DNA from: Hyaloraphidium curvatum SAG 235-1
Taxonomy: Eukaryota; Fungi; Monoblepharomycota
Direction: 5' to 3'
NCBI GenBank assembly: GCA_025558095.1
Contig: JAIVFI010000009.1
Coordinates: 620,001-684,000 of the forward strand
Length of the DNA: 64,000 nt
Both the position numbers and the translations under genes were made by a program. Below, piece after piece: positions 1 to 8,454 of this stretch (positions are counted from its first letter, which is position 1; the number at the start of each line of letters is the position of its first letter). The notes under the pieces were generated by a model. The model was not told the DNA's origin and did not search any database. It saw only the letters and a list, made by a program, of their open reading frames with translations.

Positions 1-401
1 CGTCGGAGGGCGATTGGCGAGACGAGAGTCCAGGAGACGCGCGTCGTGCAAGGGCAGCTCGATCAAACGAGATTTAGCCGCGATCTTTGCGCGCGAGAGC
101 TTCAATGACCGCATACAAGACTGCCGACCTCAAAGCCTCTCCGGTCCTTTATCAACGTTGCGGATTGTCCCGTCCTTGGAGGAGAAGGGGGTAGGCGCTG
201 CACAGCGATCGCGGGAGTGAAACGAGGTGTAGACCACGATCCTGGGGCTCCTGCTGTCGGCGATGCTGCGGCCAGTAGCATCCATTCAACAAAGAGCGCG
301 TTCGATATGCAGATCAGATCTTCGAAGTTTCACTTCCTACTTCGCAGGCCTCTCCCCATCACTCGTTTGTCGCTCACTCTCACTCGCACCGAAAACCAGA
401 A

Positions 402-1403
402 ATGGACTTCGCCCGCCACCCCGCCGCCTGGCGCGGCCGGGAACTTGCAAAAGATCACTCGTGGGAATACCGCTTCGGCGCTGCCGAGCTCTCGGAGCTC
501 CATGCCGCAGCCCTCGCACTCGTCTCCCGCACACCGTCTCCCAACCTCGCGCACCTCCGGCCCTCCGACGCGCCCCTACCGCTCCTCGAGCCCCGGTTGG
601 CCGAATGGAGGTCGACGCTCCTGTCGGGCCGCGGCTTCGTGCTCCTCAGAGGGGTCCCCGTGGATTCCTGGCCGCGCAAAGTGGTCGAGTCGGCCTACCT
701 CGCCCTAGGCGCCCACCTGGGCTCCTTTGTCCCGCAGAACTCCAACGGGGACCTGCTCGGACACGTCAAGGACGACGGGTCGGACCCGAACGATCCGACG
801 GTCAGGAGATACAGAACGAGGGAGCCGCAGCCGTACCACGTCGACGGATCGGATGCTGTGGGGCTCCTGTGCCTCGTTCCTGCAAAGTCCGGCGGCAAGT
901 CCAGCATCGTTTCGTCGGTCGAGATCTACAACGAAGTCGCGAGGAAGAGGCCGGATCTGATGGACTTGCTCCGCGTTCCGTACTACTTTGATTCCTACGG
1001 GCAGAATGCGCCCGGCACCGATCCATGGTTCACCACGCCGCTTTTCGTCGGCACAAAGGACGCATTCCGGTTCTTTTACGTGAGGTGGTACATCGACAAG
1101 GCGCAGGGAAACCCACGCGTGCCGAGGCTGAGCAAGAAGCAGGTCGAGCTTTTGGACCTCATCGATGCGCTGGCTGCGAGCGATGAGCTGCGGCTGGACA
1201 TGGATTTCGCACCGGGGGACATTCAGCTGGTTTCAAACAGGGTCGTTCTGCATGCGAGGGAGGGCTACGAGGATTGGGAAGAGCCCGAGAGGAAGAGGCA
1301 CCTGCTGAGGCTGTGGCTGGCGATGGATGATAAGAATGCGGCGCCAGAGAGTTTCGACGACGTGATTCCGGGAGCTCCCGAGCCCACAAAGAGTAAAATG
1401 TGA
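402..1403 (+). CDS. TauD/TfdA-family Fe(II)/2-oxoglutarate dioxygenase, intronless
   Basis: 333 aa ORF with GRGFVLLRG, HxD motif (PYHVDGSD), distal His (VLHAR) and C-terminal RHLLRLWL typical of TauD-like enzymes. Confidence 0.9.
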   Translation: MDFARHPAAWRGRELAKDHSWEYRFGAAELSELHAAALALVSRTPSPNLAHLRPSDAPLPLLEPRLAEWRSTLLSGRGFVLLRGVPVDSWPRKVVESAYLALGAHLGSFVPQNSNGDLLGHVKDDGSDPNDPTVRRYRTREPQPYHVDGSDAVGLLCLVPAKSGGKSSIVSSVEIYNEVARKRPDLMDLLRVPYYFDSYGQNAPGTDPWFTTPLFVGTKDAFRFFYVRWYIDKAQGNPRVPRLSKKQVELLDLIDALAASDELRLDMDFAPGDIQLVSNRVVLHAREGYEDWEEPERKRHLLRLWLAMDDKNAAPESFDDVIPGAPEPTKSKM

Positions 1404-1563
1404 CGGGCAAAAGTGCAGCAGAATGCAAACAGCGAAGTCTAGATCTATATTTCTTAGCCACCAGCTTTGCATCCGGGATCCAACTGATGAGTACGTCGAG
1501 CGGCCAACGCAGCAGAACAACGATGCCCCTGACGACAAGTCGGCCTCGGGCGACAACGATGGG

Positions 1564-1608
1564 GCGTTCGACGACGAGGCGTTCGACGACGAGGCGTTCG
1601 ACGATGAG
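1564..1608 (+). repeat. 15-bp tandem repeat x3 (GCGTTCGACGAYGAG)
   Basis: Three adjacent copies read directly; would encode AFDDE x3 in ORF 1423..1719 and is followed by a GTGAGC donor-like site. Confidence 0.85.
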
Positions 1609-2067
1609 GTGAGCAGACCTGCTGCTGGGGCTGGCTTGGCATCGCCATTCATTCGCCGCTCCAATTCCATCACTTGCCCGACGTTGACCAGTCCATCAAT
1701 CAAGACGCTGGGTCCCTGAACAGCGATGGACAGGTGGAAGCCGGCCCTGGTGCAGTTGCGCCGCGCCGGAGCCAACGGCTTTCGAGCGTCACCGTGCGTT
1801 ACAACTTTGACGAGGGCGAAGATTTCGAAGACGGTTGGTTTTGAAGCGTTGGTCTTTTGCTGCCTGCTGACCTGGTCAATTCGGCAGACTGATAGCATCA
1901 TACATTTGGCTAGACTGCGGCACCGAAATGATACACCTTATTGCTTAGACGATGCCATTGCTTAGACGACCCTTTAGTAGCCATATATAGCATGTCATTC
2001 TCATCTCGGAAAGCCGACCGAGTGTTCCAGGCACAAGGTGCTCCACTACAGTAGTTTGTTCTTCCAC

Positions 2068-3114
2068 CTAACCTTCTCGCTCGGCCTTGGCGCCGTTCAC
2101 GGCCGTCCCAGCCTTGGCCAACTTTTCCGCCTGCGTCAGCAGCTTGCCCTCGTTCTCCCTTTTCTCCTCCCGCTCGCTCCATCGGTCGACAAGCAGCGCC
2201 GAATGCGATCTCGTCAGCAGAGTAAACTTCACTAGCTCTTCTGCCACATCCACGACCCGCCCCCTGAGCTCCGACTTCTTCATGCGATCGTCGTCATCGA
2301 ATTCCGTGAACGCCTTTGGCACCGAGCTCTGATTCGGAATCGTGATCATTCGCATCCACCGTCCAAGCAGCCTCAGCGTGTTGACCGCGTTGAAAGACTG
2401 CGACCCGCCCGACACTTCCGCGACAGCGAGTGTCCTGGACTGCGTCGGCCGAACGCTCCCCCTGGCGAGCGGGATCCAATCGATCTGCCCCTTCATCAGA
2501 CCCGTAATCGCCCCGTGCTGCTCCGGCGTGACCCAGACTTGGCCCTCGCTCCATTCGGAGAGGTACCGCAGCTCGAGCACCTTGTCGTGGGTCTCGTCCC
2601 GCGCGACGTCGTGCGGCGGAAGGCCGAGAGGGTCGTAGACGCGGCAATCGCAGCCGAGCTTCTCGAGGAGGCGCGCGAATTCGAAGCACAAGAGACGGGA
2701 GAAGGAGCGGGGCCGGAGGGAGCCGTAGAGAAGTAGGATGCGGGGCGGTAGAGGAGTGTCGTTGGATTGGCCGATCTTGGGGAAGAGGGAAGTCACCGTG
2801 GACTGTTCGAGGTCCAACTGGGCGACCCAGTCCGCCGCAGGATCAGGGTTCTTCAAGATCCGGTAAGGCCTGTGCCTCGCATTGAGTTCGTCCTCGCTCA
2901 TTGCCGCCAGGAATGCCGGCAGCGGCGTCAGAATCCGCGCGGGTGGCGCGGGCACGAGGGGGTGCCCGGGGGCCGCCTGAGCTGCGGCGCCAGTCATCTT
3001 TCGGATCGGCAGAAGAGCTGTAGTCGAAGGCCGGTTGAAGCCGCGGAAGATTGCCAGCATGCAACTAACCACTCCGACAAGGATGCTCGTGAAGAGCATG
3101 AGCGTGGGCTGCAT
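2068..3114 (-). CDS. arsH: Arsenical-resistance protein ArsH (NADPH-dependent FMN oxidoreductase) with N-terminal hydrophobic extension
   Basis: [76 protein letters not shown] are hallmark ArsH motifs; ATG at 3114 in GCCGCCATG context; no intron. Confidence 0.95.
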   Translation of the reverse strand: MQPTLMLFTSILVGVVSCMLAIFRGFNRPSTTALLPIRKMTGAAAQAAPGHPLVPAPPARILTPLPAFLAAMSEDELNARHRPYRILKNPDPAADWVAQLDLEQSTVTSLFPKIGQSNDTPLPPRILLLYGSLRPRSFSRLLCFEFARLLEKLGCDCRVYDPLGLPPHDVARDETHDKVLELRYLSEWSEGQVWVTPEQHGAITGLMKGQIDWIPLARGSVRPTQSRTLAVAEVSGGSQSFNAVNTLRLLGRWMRMITIPNQSSVPKAFTEFDDDDRMKKSELRGRVVDVAEELVKFTLLTRSHSALLVDRWSEREEKRENEGKLLTQAEKLAKAGTAVNGAKAEREG

Positions 3115-3292
3115 GGCGGCTGGTGTGCAGCAGATTCCAAAGCAGAAACCTGGACTGGACCTGGTCAACTGGTCAGCTCCTTGGCGGCCCGCTTGAATCG
3201 CCTCGCGCGCAGCTCTACGTCCCGCCTTTCGTTTCGGGCGACCTCAAGTGGTACTGGACTGGACAACCGCGCGTGGAGCTCTTTCGACCGAC
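3115..3292. promoter_or_regulatory. Bidirectional promoter region arsH/ACR3
   Basis: 178 bp between divergent ATGs; contains CTGGACTGGAC at 3150-3160 and 3254-3264. Confidence 0.6.
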
Positions 3293-4628
3293 ATGGCTTC
3301 AGAAACCAGCGCGCTCGACCAGACCACGCCCTCCGAACCCCGCGACGCCGACGCCGACACCATGGGCGGCGCCGCCACGAAGAGCCCCCCCGACGTCCCA
3401 GTTCCCGTTCCCGCCCACACCCCGAAACCCCCTGCGCAGCTGAGCCTACTCGACAAGCTCCTTCCCGTCCTCATCATCGGGGCCATGATCGTCGGCGTGC
3501 TCCTGGGTGTCTACGTGCCGGGCGTCCAGGAGGCGCTCGGCGGCCCCGGCACGCCGCACATTGCCGACGTCTCGCTGCCAATCGCCCTGGGACTGTGGCT
3601 CATGATGCTCCCCGTGCTCACAAAAGTGCGGTACGAGCTCCTCGGGCTCATCCTGAAGGAGAAGCAGGTGGCCAAGGAGCTTGCCATCTCGACCTTTCTG
3701 AACTGGGTCATCGGACCCGCGCTCATGACGGGCCTGGCATGGGCGTGCCTGCCGGATCTGCCAAACTACCGCGCGGGCGTCATCATGGTCGGCCTGGCGC
3801 GCTGCATCGCCATGGTGCTGATCTGGAATCAACTAGCCGACGGCGACCCGGAACTCTGCGCCGTGACCGTGGCCCTGAACTCGATCCTGCAGATCCTTCT
3901 CTACGCACCGCTGGCCATGCTGTACGTTCGCCGTGGGACCCGTTGCAGGAGACTCCTGACCGTTTTTCGCCCTTTCCAGCTACCTCGGTCCCTCGTACCT
4001 CGCCGGCGCTTCGGGGTTCTGGCTCGTCGCCAAGTCCGTCCTCATCTTTCTCGGCGTCCCCCTCGTCCTCGGCGTGATCCTCCGCTACTCCCTCATCCTC
4101 ATCTTCTCCCGCTCCTGGCTCGACAAGAAGTTCCTCCCGTACTTTGGCCCCGTGGCCCTGCTCGCCCTCGTCTACACGGTCATCGTGCTCTTTGCCTCCC
4201 AGGGCCCGCAGATCGTCTCGCAGATCGGCGCGGTGGCGCGGACCGCCGTCCCCATGCTCATCTACTTCTGCCTCATGTGGGCCGCTTCGTTTGCCATCGC
4301 GTGGTACACCTACGCGCCCTACGCCTACGCCGTCACGCAGGCCTTCACCGCCTCGTCCAACAACTTCGAGCTCGCGATCGCGGTCGCCGTGAGCACGTTC
4401 GGGTACCAGTCCGAGCAGGCGCTCGCGGCCACCGTGGGGCCGCTGATCGAGGTGCCGGTCCTGCTGGCGCTCGTGTACGTGGCGAGGTGGGCGAGGACCA
4501 AGTGGTACGCGGACAGGGACAGGTGGCTGTACGAGTCGGGGAAGGTCAAGGTGCTCGAGCACCACAAGGAGTATGACCTGGGGGAGACGGAGGACACGGA
4601 TGGGAAGGCGGCGCAGGGGCAGGCATGA
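3293..4628 (+). CDS. ACR3: ACR3-family arsenite efflux permease (one intron, 3922..3979)
   Basis: LSLLDKLLP, GLWLMMLPVLTKVRYE, NWVIGPALM, GLARCIAMVLIWNQLA.GD, ASSNNFELAIAVA, VGPLIEVPVL; the GTACGT..CTGAC..CAG intron joins ORFs 3248 and 4074 in frame. Confidence 0.96.
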
Positions 4629-4806
4629 TTGGCGGCTCCGGATATTGCCTCGTCCGCGCATGAAATCGATGCCCTCCTGGGTGAAAGCGGTGTAGAGAGC
4701 GGATTTTGCGGAACAAATGCAACGCCGCATCGAACAGCCTACGCAAAGATCAGCCATCGATTCCGCAAATGTGGAAAAACAGTCCGCGTCCGTGCGCACA
4801 TCCGCA

Positions 4807-5832
4807 TCACCGCTCCCCCAGCGGAATCGCCCTCAGCACCGGCCACCTGTCGAACGCCTCCCTCGGCAACGTCCACTTGCCGATGTCCGCGGGATCTCCC
4901 CCGCACCTGGCGTTGGTCTTGAGCTCTGCGCAGAGCGCGTACGTCCCGCCGAACCCCGCGGATTCGAGCGCGTGCAGGAGCGACCGCATGGTGATGTGCG
5001 GCAGCGAATCGAAGCACCGCCGCAGCCTCTGTTCGTCCCATCCGGCGGGGTTCGAGGGGCACGAAGGGTCGCAGCAGGCGTCGGCCTCCTCGCCGCGTTC
5101 CTCCTCCAACGGGGGCAGGCCCAGGTCCCGCAGCAGGCCGTCAAAGTCCGGTGGGTTCGACGAGGAGGGAAGCGAGAGCAGAGTGTCGCGCAGCGCCGGG
5201 AAGAGCTCGGCGGCGAGCGGGAAGGAGGCGGCAAAGAGGTCCGAGTCGAGGTCCAGGGCGAGGGCCGGGTCCGCGGACTCGAAGAACACGGAGGTCGGTT
5301 CCATAGGAGGCGAAGCGGTTGGAGGCGTGATTGGAGGTGCGTGAACGGCCTGCTGGTACGGCGCGAGCGGCGAAGAGAGGGAAAGGAGCGCGGCGGCCTC
5401 GGCAAACTCGGCCGATTCGTCCGACGAGCGCGGCGGGGAGACCGGCAGCCGGAGAGAGCTGCGGTCATTGCGATCTGCATCGCGATCGATCGGAACGAGT
5501 TCGGGGTGGCCCGGCAGCGGAGCCGCCGCGAGCGCCCACAGCGCCTGGAGGTCCGCGTCCGAACGCCCCGCGGAGCCCCGCAGCACGGCCAGCAGGGCGC
5601 CCTGCAGCTCCTCCGCGCGCCGCCTGAGTTCCGCACTGTGCGCCTCCAGCCGCCGCGCGTTCTCTGCGGCGGCCGCGGCGTTCCTCAGCGCGGCCTCCTG
5701 GCGCGCCCGGAAGCCGAGCTGCGCGCGCCTGTTCTGCTCCAGCCGCCGCTGCTTGCGCTCCTCGTCGCCCAGCGGCAGCGGCTTGCGGCCGGGCTTGCGC
5801 CGGGGCTTGGGGGCGTCCGCGGAGCCGTCCAT
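4807..5832 (-). CDS. Yap1/Pap1(AP-1)-like bZIP transcription factor with C-terminal cysteine-rich region
   Basis: KPGRKP...RRLEQNRRAQLGFRARQ basic region plus leucine zipper; C-terminal CCDPSC and LCAELKTNARC (resembles the Yap1 c-CRD LCSELMAKAKC). Confidence 0.88.
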   Translation of the reverse strand: MDGSADAPKPRRKPGRKPLPLGDEERKQRRLEQNRRAQLGFRARQEAALRNAAAAAENARRLEAHSAELRRRAEELQGALLAVLRGSAGRSDADLQALWALAAAPLPGHPELVPIDRDADRNDRSSLRLPVSPPRSSDESAEFAEAAALLSLSSPLAPYQQAVHAPPITPPTASPPMEPTSVFFESADPALALDLDSDLFAASFPLAAELFPALRDTLLSLPSSSNPPDFDGLLRDLGLPPLEEERGEEADACCDPSCPSNPAGWDEQRLRRCFDSLPHITMRSLLHALESAGFGGTYALCAELKTNARCGGDPADIGKWTLPREAFDRWPVLRAIPLGER

Positions 5833-5966
5833 CGTCGATCGTTGGTGGTGGCCGGGCCGGTGGGTGCGTGGCGGCGGCGGCGACTCCGATTTTGCTAGGA
5901 AATCACAAATCCAAGAGCGGCAGCGGCAGAGCAGCAGAGCGGCAGCAGCACAAGCAGGAGGCAGCG
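5833..5966. promoter_or_regulatory. Bidirectional promoter region bZIP/arsC-like
   Basis: 134 bp between divergent ATGs; inverted repeat GATTT-N7-AAATC at 5888-5904. Confidence 0.55.
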
Positions 5967-6647
5967 ATGGACATCTTCCCGTCCCTCGAGGCTTCGCTGG
6001 ACGCGATCCCCGCCTCGCGCCTCGGGGCGCTCAAGGAGCTCGCCTCCCACGCCGCCTCGCGCCTCTCGGCGGACCAGCCGGCCCACCTGGTCTTCATCTC
6101 CACGCACAACTCGCGCCGCTCGCACATCGGCCAGGTGATGGCTGCTGCTGCCGCCGAGCACGCCGGGCTGGCAAACGTGCGCACCTATTCGGCCGGCACC
6201 GAAGTCACGGCTTTCAACGCCAATGCCGTGGACGCCCTGCGCGCCCACGGGTGCACCATCGACGTCTGCACCGACCAGGAGCTTCTCTCATCCATCTTGG
6301 GCTCCCCCGTGGAATCCTCGGGGATCGATCTGGAGGACCCGACCAACCCCGTCTACCTCGTCCGACCCAGGCCCTCCTCCTCGCCATCCATCTGCTTCTC
6401 CAAGACTCTCGCACACCCCTGGCTGCCCAAGTCCGGCTTCGCGGCCGTCATGACCTGCACCTCGGCCGACGCGGCCTGCCCCGTCGTGGCGGGCGCGAAG
6501 GTTCGGATCGCGCTGCCGTACGAGGACCCGAAGAAATCCGACGGGACGGGCCAAGAGGCGAATGTGTACGGGGAGAAGTGCAGGGAGGTGGGCCGGGAGA
6601 TGCTGTGGGTGATGATGGAAGCCAAGAAGGAGATGGTCGGATATTGA
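5967..6647 (+). CDS. arsC: LMW-PTP-fold (thioredoxin-type) arsenate reductase ArsC-like protein; P-loop Cys replaced by Ser
   Basis: FISTHNSRRSH (canonical FICTHNSRRSH), YSAGTE, FSKT, AVMTCTSADAACP, LPYEDPK; intronless; Ser codon TCC at 6099-6101. Confidence 0.88.
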   Translation: MDIFPSLEASLDAIPASRLGALKELASHAASRLSADQPAHLVFISTHNSRRSHIGQVMAAAAAEHAGLANVRTYSAGTEVTAFNANAVDALRAHGCTIDVCTDQELLSSILGSPVESSGIDLEDPTNPVYLVRPRPSSSPSICFSKTLAHPWLPKSGFAAVMTCTSADAACPVVAGAKVRIALPYEDPKKSDGTGQEANVYGEKCREVGREMLWVMMEAKKEMVGY

Positions 6648-6706
6648 ATACATTGACCGTCTTGCAGCGCTGCCCGTACCGCCAAAGCCTGATGCCAAAA
6701 GCAATC

Positions 6707-8287
6707 TCAAAGCCTTTCCGACCCCTTTTCCGCCCTGCGCATCGCCTCCTCCACCACCCACATCCGATCCTGCCCCCACCACGTCTCCATCTCACCCCCG
6801 CGCCCCCCGACCTCCACCGAAACCGACGGCACCCCCCACACGCCCCTGGCGTTCATCTCCCCCGTGTTCCCCCGCATCTCGGCCCTCCACGTCTCGTGGT
6901 CCTGCGCCATCGCCGCCGCCAGCCCGTCCGCGCCGACCCCGGCCGCGGCGGCGATCGCCGCGAGCCCGGCATCGCTGCCGTATTCTTTGCCCTCGAGGAA
7001 GGCGGCGCGGGTGATGCGGACGAACCAGAGCATCGATTGCTCCTTGGCAGCGGCCCGGTCGGGGGTCGTGCGGAGGATGTGGTAGTAGACGGCTGCGGCC
7101 CGGCCCCACCTGCGGGCGCGATCGAACGCCAAAGCATCAGCAACGGCGCATCGAACAAGCAAAACAGGGAGTTCCACCCACCAAGGCAAGGGATCGGAGA
7201 CGGACAGCCCCGACCCGTCCCCCGACGCCCGCTGGACGCGGCCCGAATCGAGGGTGATGTAGATGCGCTTGGCCGCCGACAGCGGGACCCCCCTCGTGAT
7301 CATCGGGGGCACGGGCTTCAGCTCCCACTCCCAGTCGGGGTGCGCGGCGAAGAAAGCGGGGAGCCGCTGCGCGAGGATGGCCGAGTACGGGGAGCGGAAC
7401 GAGGCGTAGACGACGATCTTGCGGGTGCGGGAGGCGGGGAGCGCGGGGAGGGCCAGGCGCGCGGGGTCCGGGGTGTACAATGAGGGCGATGGCATGGCGA
7501 CGCCGGTGATGCGGGCGAGGTCCGACAGTAGGAAGGCGAGGCGGTCCGGGCCTCCGTACCAGGTGCCCAGAGTCTTGACGAACAGGCCATCATAGCCGCC
7601 GCCGGCAAATCGAAGAGCACAGTTGGCAGCGATCCTTGCGTCGGCTTCTTCCTGGTTGGGCAGCGCGTGGTTGGGCCCGGGGATGGCGCCGAGCGCGGTC
7701 ACCCGATCGGAGGCGGGCGCGTGGCTCCACAGCTCGTTGCCCACACGAGCAGCGAGATCGAACGCTTCCGCAACCGAAATCACTTTTGCCTCGAGCCTGT
7801 TTTCGGCCCAGGCCATCACTCGCGCAGCCGCGTTCAGCACTTCGGCGGGCGGCTGCTCCAGCGCCTTGCCCGACTTGGGGTCCTCGAAGGGCGGGAACGC
7901 CGCGCGCCAGGCCGGCGCGATGCACGCCGCATCGCGACGGAAGTAGCGCCGCTCCATGTCGCCCAGCCCCGGCGCATCGGGGCTGACGACGGCGCGCAGG
8001 GCGACCGCCACGTGGCCGCCGAACGCCGCCAGCGCCTTCGGCAGCGTCTGCACCGCGAGGAGCGCGAGCGGGTCGTCGAGCTGGAAGAACACCGCGATCG
8101 GCAGCGGGAAGCCCGTGCGAAGCCGCGACGCGAACTGCAGCCCTCTGGCAAATCGGTCCGACGTTATCACGGTGGTGATTGCGGGGGACACCACGCGGTC
8201 GCGCAGCGCGACCGCGTGCGGCTTGACGGACGCCGTGAGCGCCGATGCCGGCGGCACGTCCAGCGTGGGCTTGGTGCCGGAGGCCAT
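6707..8287 (-). CDS. DsbA-like 2-hydroxychromene-2-carboxylate isomerase / GST-kappa family protein, two-domain
   Basis: VYASFRSPYS, GVWGVPSV, WWGQDRM motifs; ATG 8287; probable in-frame intron 7110..7181. Confidence 0.8.
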   Translation of the reverse strand: MASGTKPTLDVPPASALTASVKPHAVALRDRVVSPAITTVITSDRFARGLQFASRLRTGFPLPIAVFFQLDDPLALLAVQTLPKALAAFGGHVAVALRAVVSPDAPGLGDMERRYFRRDAACIAPAWRAAFPPFEDPKSGKALEQPPAEVLNAAARVMAWAENRLEAKVISVAEAFDLAARVGNELWSHAPASDRVTALGAIPGPNHALPNQEEADARIAANCALRFAGGGYDGLFVKTLGTWYGGPDRLAFLLSDLARITGVAMPSPSLYTPDPARLALPALPASRTRKIVVYASFRSPYSAILAQRLPAFFAAHPDWEWELKPVPPMITRGVPLSAAKRIYITLDSGRVQRASGDGSGLSVSDPLPWWVELPVLLVRCAVADALAFDRARRWGRAAAVYYHILRTTPDRAAAKEQSMLWFVRITRAAFLEGKEYGSDAGLAAIAAAAGVGADGLAAAMAQDHETWRAEMRGNTGEMNARGVWGVPSVSVEVGGRGGEMETWWGQDRMWVVEEAMRRAEKGSERL

Positions 8288-8454
8288 GGCGCCGGCGGGG
8301 GATGGGGGGGTGGGGACAGTTGAGGGACACGCCGCAAGGCACGGCTGGGCGGGCGGTTTTCCTCGGCAAATCGGCGGAACTGCCTCCACGACAACCCCAT
8401 GCCCCGGGGCGAGACTCTGAATCTGTTCGCAGTTTACCACTCTGCAGCCAGTTC

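Noticed and set aside
1564-1608. Short repeats (also 20701-20757, 10118-10155) as CRISPR-like arrays
   Set aside because: Contiguous tandem units without unique spacers, in a eukaryotic context with no cas genes
1940-1980. ATTGCTTAGACGA direct repeat and TTAGTAG near-Yap site
   Set aside because: Lies 3' of arsH rather than in a promoter, and is not a full TTAGTAA match
5468-7483. Very long alternative-frame and antisense ORFs (also 23836..26658, 34843..37743, 49245..51308)
   Set aside because: Arg/Pro/Gly-rich shadows of real genes caused by high GC3; no domain motifs
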